Shown in pieces: positions 7,209 to 12,313 of a DNA stretch of 12,313 bases. The notes beneath the pieces are model-generated. The model saw only the letters and a list, made by a program, of their open reading frames with translations. It did not search any database and was not told where the DNA came from. Every line of letters starts with the position of its first letter. The stretch's first letter is position 1. The DNA is taken from assembly GCA_043816785.1 (NCBI GenBank), contig JBDRHP010000092.1:1-12313 (forward strand), read 5' to 3'. The position numbers and the translations under genes are program-made. This DNA is from Candidatus Margulisiibacteriota bacterium. Lineage in GTDB: Bacteria; Margulisbacteria; WOR-1; O2-12-FULL-45-9.

Positions 7209-7236
7209 AATTTATCATATTCACCAGTCGCTTCAA
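7209..7236 (-). promoter_or_regulatory. Possible promoter for C69 peptidase-TMEM175-DUF2779
   Basis: TTGAAG, 16-nt spacer, TAAATT with TGn, in the 89-bp intergenic gap. Confidence 0.4.
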
Positions 7237-7263
7237 ACCAGTTCCAGTCTTTTGCCGGCCATT

Positions 7264-7977
7264 TTAAGACTTTGTTTCCTTAAAAGCGAATTCCAGGCCG
7301 GTGGTAAAGGCTGCGTCATTCTTTTGCACGCCGGCTGCCGGACGATTGTTGTACTCGTCTTTAAGACTCAACTTAAAAGAATAATGTGTATTTAATTTTA
7401 TTTTGAGCTTTGATTCATTAGTAAAACGATAATTATCAAGATCGGTCGCTGAAGCATAAACATCCAGGTTATTGGTAAAAACACCCCACAGTATATCGGA
7501 GCTCACCGTAACCAGGGCAGTCTCATTTACTCCGCCACTAATCAGATATTCTTTTTGATAACCAAGCGCACCCTCCAGCGTTGATTTGAAGATATCATCT
7601 TCGTGAAACCAGTAGCCAAAACCGATCGTAGGGATAATGCGGATATTTAAATCCTGAAACCGGTCATGCTCAGCCTGTAGTTTGGCGTAATGGAAAAACT
7701 GCTTATTGATTGACCGGGCAAAACGCCCTGAACCAGACGCCTTGTTCTGGGTTTCAGCCCCAGCGGAAAACTCCTGATCCAGACTGCCTTTGATGGTCGT
7801 TTCATCCACCCATTTACGGTTGCGGTTGAGTTTAAAATCCATATGCAGGGATTGGACAGCGGTGTTGCCGCCGGTCTGTTGTCCCCCCAGGGAAACTTTA
7901 CGTTCGATCGTCGTTTCTGCTGGAGAAATACCTGCGCCAAAGATAAGAATAGTGAGGAGTAAGCAAACGAAACGCAT
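7264..7977 (-). CDS. DUF481 (YdiY-like) outer-membrane beta-barrel
   Basis: Signal peptide, GNT motif, alternating amphipathic strands, EHDRFQDL..R...GFGY and YNNRP...KND motifs. ATG overlaps the hom stop (TAATG). Confidence 0.85.
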   Translation of the reverse strand: MRFVCLLLTILIFGAGISPAETTIERKVSLGGQQTGGNTAVQSLHMDFKLNRNRKWVDETTIKGSLDQEFSAGAETQNKASGSGRFARSINKQFFHYAKLQAEHDRFQDLNIRIIPTIGFGYWFHEDDIFKSTLEGALGYQKEYLISGGVNETALVTVSSDILWGVFTNNLDVYASATDLDNYRFTNESKLKIKLNTHYSFKLSLKDEYNNRPAAGVQKNDAAFTTGLEFAFKETKS

Positions 7978-9227
7978 TAAGCGACTATCCTGATCACATT
8001 GACGATCTTACGCACAACCGGCAGCTTGGCAATGACTTTAAGCGCGGCCTTTAAGTTCTTTTCAGAAACCTTGTGAAGCAGGATCACGATAGTCGCCAGA
8101 TTACCAACTGTTTCCTTTTGAACAACCGCGGCAATGCTGACTTTTTTCTTAGAAAATGCTTTGGAAATGCCTGCCAGCACGCCAAACTTGTCCGGCGCCT
8201 GGAGTCTAATATAATAGCGGCTGGCAATCTCTGATATCTTTTTGACCTTGATCTTACGAAGCTTTGCTGTTTTTTTCTTCCCGCCCTTAGCGATCTGGAT
8301 AATGTCAGAAATGATAGCAGAAGCAGTCGGGCCCCCTCCAGCCCCGGGCCCATAAAACATCAATTGCCCTATAGGTGTCCCTGTGACATAAATCGCATTA
8401 AAGTTTTCAGAGACTGACGCCAAGGGATGCGATCTGCCGACCAAAGCCGGGTGTACCCTTACATCTATTTTATTATCAACCTTTTGAGCAATTGCTAAAA
8501 GCTTTATAACATAACCAATATCCCTGGCATATTGAATGTCTTCCTGGCTGATACGAGTTATCCCTTCAAAATGCACATCTTTCCAGTTCACTTCTGCGCC
8601 AAATGCCACGGAAGCTAAAATAGCTGCCTTGTAACAAGCGTCGTAACCTTTAATATCCGCTGTTGGATCTGGTTCCGCATACCCCATTTCCTGCGCCTTC
8701 TTCAACGCCTCGCCGAACTCCATCTGCTCTTCCATCATTTTGGAAAGGATATAATTAGTGGTCCCGTTCACGATCCCGTAAACTTGTTCGATCTTATTGC
8801 CCGCCAAACTTTCTTTTAGCGGCTGGATAATGGGTATCCCGCCGCCAACCGCGCCCTCAAATAATATCTGGACCCGATTACGACGAGCCGCGGCCAGGAT
8901 ATCCTTCATATGCTTGGCAATAACTTCTTTGTTGGGCGTAACAACGTGTTTGCCCTTATTTAAAGCCGCGAGTATAAACTTTAAGGCCGGGTTTACCCCG
9001 CCAATCGCTTCCACCACCACGGAGATTTCCGGGTCATTAATTATCTGATAAGGATCACTGGTAAAAGGAAAGGAGGTCTGGCGCCGGCGAACATCACAAA
9101 CCTTTTTTACCCGAATGTCAACGCCGGAGTTTTCAATGATAACAGAGTGGTTCTTGCGTAACGCAGCCGCGGCAGCAGAGCCAATATTCCCCAGGCCGAT
9201 TATGCCAATATTTATTCGCTTTGCCAT
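7977..9227 (-). CDS. hom: Homoserine dehydrogenase with C-terminal ACT domain
   Basis: GLGNIG, GKHVVTPNK, FEGAVGGGIP, GIVNGTTNYIL, GYAEPDPTADI.G.DA and GPGAGG.PTASA motifs; ACT domain DKFGVLA. Start placed at ATG 9227. Confidence 0.97.
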   Translation of the reverse strand: MAKRINIGIIGLGNIGSAAAAALRKNHSVIIENSGVDIRVKKVCDVRRRQTSFPFTSDPYQIINDPEISVVVEAIGGVNPALKFILAALNKGKHVVTPNKEVIAKHMKDILAAARRNRVQILFEGAVGGGIPIIQPLKESLAGNKIEQVYGIVNGTTNYILSKMMEEQMEFGEALKKAQEMGYAEPDPTADIKGYDACYKAAILASVAFGAEVNWKDVHFEGITRISQEDIQYARDIGYVIKLLAIAQKVDNKIDVRVHPALVGRSHPLASVSENFNAIYVTGTPIGQLMFYGPGAGGGPTASAIISDIIQIAKGGKKKTAKLRKIKVKKISEIASRYYIRLQAPDKFGVLAGISKAFSKKKVSIAAVVQKETVGNLATIVILLHKVSEKNLKAALKVIAKLPVVRKIVNVIRIVA

Positions 9228-9228
9228 T

Positions 9229-10173
9229 TTAATCAAATAATGAGGAGATCGACCGATTCTCGTAATTGCGGCGCACGGCTTCAGCCAGCAGCTCAGCCGC
9301 GGATAAGATCTTCAATCCCGGGAACTTCTTTGCTTCTGGGATCGGGAAAGAATCCGTGACGATCACTTCTTTGAAATTAGCCTTTTTCATACGGTCCACT
9401 GCCGGCCCGGACAATAATGCGTGGGTAGCCGCAACATAGATATCTTTTCTGCAACCCTTCTTACGCAGGGCCTCTACCCCGGTGGTGATCGTGCCCGCAG
9501 TATCGATCATGTCGTCAGTCAGGATAACAGTCTTATCTTTGACATAACCAACCAAATGGGTAACCGACGACTGATTATGTTCCGCTCGAACTTTGTGTAA
9601 GATCGCCAGACGCGCGCCAATGCGGTCAGCCAGTTTCTTAGCCACCTTAGCCCGGCCAGTATCAGGAGCAACTACTACCATATCTTCAAGCTTTTTCTTT
9701 TTAAGATAAGCAGAAAAGAGTGGCATAGCGGTCAAGGTATCCACTGGAATATTAAAGTAGCCCTGGATCTGATCTGAGTGCAGGTCCATGGTGACAATGC
9801 GATCAGCCCCGGCAGTTTCCAGCAAATTGGCAACAAGTCGGCCAGAGATCGGCTCGCGGGAAGCAGCTTTTCTATCCTGCCGGGCATAGCCAAAATGAGG
9901 AATGACCGCGGTAATGGTCCGGGCTGAAGCGCGCTTCATCGCGTCGATCATGATAAAGAGCTCCATCAGGTCTTCGTTAACCTTAGACGAGCAGGTCTGA
10001 AGAATAACGCAATCCTGGCCGCGGATATTCTCCAGAACCCGGGAATAGATCTCACCGCAGGAGAATCGGGAAATCTTGATCTTGCCAGGCCTGATCCTAA
10101 GTTTTTTAACTATCTTCCTGCCTAATTCAGGGTCTGCGGTGCCGTAGAAAACTCGCAGTTTAGAATTTGCCAT
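9229..10173 (-). CDS. prs: Ribose-phosphate pyrophosphokinase
   Basis: PHFGYARQDRK, MDLHSDQIQGYF, VAPDTG and DDMIDTAGT motifs. Confidence 0.98.
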   Translation of the reverse strand: MANSKLRVFYGTADPELGRKIVKKLRIRPGKIKISRFSCGEIYSRVLENIRGQDCVILQTCSSKVNEDLMELFIMIDAMKRASARTITAVIPHFGYARQDRKAASREPISGRLVANLLETAGADRIVTMDLHSDQIQGYFNIPVDTLTAMPLFSAYLKKKKLEDMVVVAPDTGRAKVAKKLADRIGARLAILHKVRAEHNQSSVTHLVGYVKDKTVILTDDMIDTAGTITTGVEALRKKGCRKDIYVAATHALLSGPAVDRMKKANFKEVIVTDSFPIPEAKKFPGLKILSAAELLAEAVRRNYENRSISSLFD

Positions 10174-11509
10174 TAATTATTTCCCCCTCTAGAACCCAGC
10201 TTTTAGCCGATTTTATTGTAACACTGACCAGCTTCCCCAGCAAGTTATTTCTTGCGGGTACGAACTTAACGATCTTGTTAGTTCGGGTGCGGCCAGAACA
10301 GCTTTTCTTTCCCGTATAATCAACCAAAATCTCAACTTCCTGTCCAACCAGTTCCTGGTTCTTGCGCTCAGCCACCTTGCCCACCACCTTCATTGCTTCC
10401 TGCAAACGGGCTTGTTTAACCTTATCCGGCACATCATCATTTAACTTAGAAGCCGCGGTACCCGGCCTGGTAGAATAAGCCAGGGTATTTGACGTATCAA
10501 AGCCGACCTTCTCGATCATTTTCAGTGTATTCTGGAATTGCTCATCAGTCTCTCCAGGATAACCAACTATCACATCAGAAGTAATGGCCGCTCCTGGAAT
10601 TTTCGCTCTGATCTTATCAACTAATTTCAAATAATAATCCGTATTGTAGCCTCGATTCATGCTTTTGAGCATTTCATCGTCCCCATGCTGCAGCGGCAGG
10701 TGAAAGAACTCACAAACATGGGGCAATTCAGCTACAGCATTTATGATCTCTTCGCTCATATCTCTGGGATGAGAAGTCATAAAGCGAATACGCTCGGATC
10801 CTGAGACTGAACGTCTCGGCTCCTCGCTTCTGGAACCGCGACGCACCTCGACTTCGCTCGGTGCTGCCCTGAGCTTGCCGAAGGGTTTAGTCGTAGGTTC
10901 CAAGAGAGCATCGACTTCCCTCAACAACTGTGCCAACCCATATTTATAAGAATTAACATTTTGCCCCAGTAAAAATATCTCAGGATGCTTCTTAAAGTCA
11001 ATTTCTTTGATCTCCTTGATAATCTCATCTATCGGCCGGCTGGTTTCACGTCCCCGCACGTGAGGCACAACACAATACGAGCAAAAGTTATCACATCCGT
11101 GCATGATGGTAATCCAGGCGGTCACTCCTTTGCCTCTGGCCTTCGGCCTCTGGCCTTCGGCCTGCAATTCGAGAAACTCGATTAGCCTTTCCGGCTGGTT
11201 CGGCGCGATAAATAGATCAACGTGGGGGAATTGTTTGGGCAGGTCTCTATCCGGCTCGGTAGCAAGACAGCCGCAAACCCCGATGATCAGGTCTGGTTTA
11301 TTATCTCTCAAGCCCTTGGCAGACATAATATACCAGGCAGCCTTATCTTCAGCAGATTGTCTGACAACACAGGTATTAACCAAAAGGATATCCGCTTCTT
11401 CAGGAGAATTTGCTTCCTGATACCCGGCCGAGGTCAGCACACCAGCCAGATTTTCAGAATCTGCCAGGTTCATCTGGCATCCGTAGGTTTTAATATAATA
11501 CTTTGGCAT
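10160..11509 (-). CDS. miaB: tRNA-i6A37 methylthiotransferase MiaB, with an in-frame insertion
   Basis: TYGCQMN, NTCVVR and GC (UPF0004 cysteines); radical SAM CDNFCSYC; LLGQNVNSY; RIRFMTSHP; C-terminal TRAM domain (GRTRTNKIV). Confidence 0.93.
   Translation of the reverse strand: MPKYYIKTYGCQMNLADSENLAGVLTSAGYQEANSPEEADILLVNTCVVRQSAEDKAAWYIMSAKGLRDNKPDLIIGVCGCLATEPDRDLPKQFPHVDLFIAPNQPERLIEFLELQAEGQRPKARGKGVTAWITIMHGCDNFCSYCVVPHVRGRETSRPIDEIIKEIKEIDFKKHPEIFLLGQNVNSYKYGLAQLLREVDALLEPTTKPFGKLRAAPSEVEVRRGSRSEEPRRSVSGSERIRFMTSHPRDMSEEIINAVAELPHVCEFFHLPLQHGDDEMLKSMNRGYNTDYYLKLVDKIRAKIPGAAITSDVIVGYPGETDEQFQNTLKMIEKVGFDTSNTLAYSTRPGTAASKLNDDVPDKVKQARLQEAMKVVGKVAERKNQELVGQEVEILVDYTGKKSCSGRTRTNKIVKFVPARNNLLGKLVSVTIKSAKSWVLEGEIINGKF
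10794..10885. repeat. Cluster of REP-like palindromes inside miaB
   Basis: CTGAGAC-TGAAC-GTCTCGG 10801-10819; GCACC-TCGACTTCGCTC-GGTGC 10843-10864; CCCT-GAGCTTGCCGA-AGGG 10867-10885. Confidence 0.75.
11132..11163. repeat. Tandem heptamer-based repeat inside miaB
   Basis: (GCCTCTG GCCTTCG) x2 followed by GCCT. Confidence 0.85.
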
Positions 11510-11576
11510 TTTTCCCTTTCTTTCAATATAAATTGAGGTTTTGTATGAATTTTTTCAAAAGGTTCAAAAAATACCG

Positions 11577-11708
11577 GCGAAACGCGCGAGTGCGGGCGCG
11601 CGTTTCGCAGATTCTTGATGATGATTTTTTTAAAATGAGTGGTCGCCTGCGCGCCGCTCGCTTTTTTGCCTGATCCCTGCTGGAAGAAAGGCTCGCGGCA
11701 CAGCAGGC
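11577..11708. other. Two GC-rich stem-loops in the divergent intergenic region
   Basis: Perfect 12-bp stem GCGAAACGCGCG 11577-11588 / CGCGCGTTTCGC 11597-11608; imperfect stem 11645-11657 / 11695-11708. Confidence 0.7.
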
Positions 11709-11724
11709 CTTATTAGAAATATAG

Positions 11725-11753
11725 TTGACAACTACTGTAACCAGCAGTAAACT
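11725..11753 (+). promoter_or_regulatory. Sigma70-type promoter with a dyad in the spacer
   Basis: TTGACA, 17-nt spacer, TAAACT; ACTACTG 11731-11737 / CAGCAGT 11742-11748 (1 mismatch). Confidence 0.75.
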
Positions 11754-11764
11754 ATTTTCCGCTT

Positions 11765-11953
11765 ATGAGCAAAGAACAAAAGATTTACAATATGACCGAA
11801 TTGGCGGAAAAACTAAACATTTCTCGGCAAGCTATTTACAAGTGGATAAAAAAGGGTTGGATCAAGCCAAAAAGAGATTATAGGAATTATCCTGTTTTCA
11901 CTGAAGATGATGTTACTAATATTATTAAATGGAAAAATAGGATAAAAGGATAA
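11765..11953 (+). CDS. Stand-alone MerR/excisionase-type HTH protein, 62 aa
   Basis: YNMTELAEKLNISRQAIYKWIKKGWIKPKRDYRNYPVFTEDDV: HTH plus wing; no effector domain. Confidence 0.88.
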   Translation: MSKEQKIYNMTELAEKLNISRQAIYKWIKKGWIKPKRDYRNYPVFTEDDVTNIIKWKNRIKG

Positions 11954-11959
11954 AAGAAA

Positions 11960-12313
11960 ATGAAGTTTTGCTATATTGATGAAAGTGGAAATGGGAGTGA
12001 GCCATTTTTAATAATGGTGGGGGTTATTGTTGATTCACATAGAATGCATAGAACAAAGGAAGCCTGGGATGAGTTTCTTTTAATGCTCAGCAAACTATGC
12101 AAAAAGACAATATCTGAGTTTCACACAAGAGATTTTTATGCAGGCAATGGTCCGTGGAGAGGGATCGACGGTAAAGAAAGAGCAAAAATTATATCTGCTA
12201 TCCTTGGTTGGTGGAAAGCGAGAAAACATCATGTCACTTTTACTGCTATTAATAAGATAGAGTACAACAAGATAAAGAAGTGTGGAAATGCTTTAGAAGG
12301 GTGTGATAATGAA
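11960..12313 (+). CDS. DUF3800-like protein (predicted RNase H-like fold), truncated by the window end
   Basis: Not in the ORF track. Manual translation: MKFCYIDESGNGSEPFLIMVGVIVDSHRMHRTKEAW...EFHTRDFYAGNGPWRG. YIDESG and EFH motifs; AAAGGA SD; frame open to the end of the window. Confidence 0.8.
   Translation, partial: MKFCYIDESGNGSEPFLIMVGVIVDSHRMHRTKEAWDEFLLMLSKLCKKTISEFHTRDFYAGNGPWRGIDGKERAKIISAILGWWKARKHHVTFTAINKIEYNKIKKCGNALEGCDNE

Larger units (their letters stand above)
11546..12313. mobile_element. Probable left end of an integrated AT-rich island (boundary approximate, continues beyond the window)
   Basis: Visible drop in GC after about 11710, Xis/MerR-type HTH, DUF3800-like gene, flanking palindromes. 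No integrase or att duplication is visible. Confidence 0.4.

Noticed and set aside
10794..10900. Intein or self-splicing intron in miaB
   Set aside because: Far too short; no C/S...HN intein ends or group I/II core.
288..11536. Remaining short ORFs in the track that overlap called genes (for example 974-1237, 2703-3008, 4092-4403, 5294-5614, 6656-7143, 8084-8353, 10985-11536)
   Set aside because: Antisense or alternate-frame shadows of well-supported genes, with no recognisable motifs.

Overview
Bacterial chromosomal window from a probable diderm with an S-layer (SLH-type secreted protein plus a DUF481 beta-barrel). It is mostly housekeeping and accessory genes: the 5' end of an SLH-like gene with a long structured leader, a GGQ ribosome-rescue factor, sixA, DUF3467, a SAM methyltransferase, a 56-aa hypothetical, a secreted cyclophilin, then a minus-strand run miaB-prs-hom-DUF481 and C69 peptidase-TMEM175-DUF2779. 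The right end looks like the edge of an AT-rich island: GC-rich hairpins, a consensus promoter, a MerR/Xis-type HTH and a truncated DUF3800-like gene. The most unusual signals are non-genic: REP-like palindromes inserted in frame in miaB, a related palindrome cluster in the SLH leader, a 166-bp inverted repeat built from 9-mers, and a Shine-Dalgarno motif with no start codon inside a 5' hairpin. All calls come from reading motifs by eye; no searches or folding programs were run. No complete novel system can be shown; the best candidate (HTH + DUF3800 + hairpins) is cut by the window edge.
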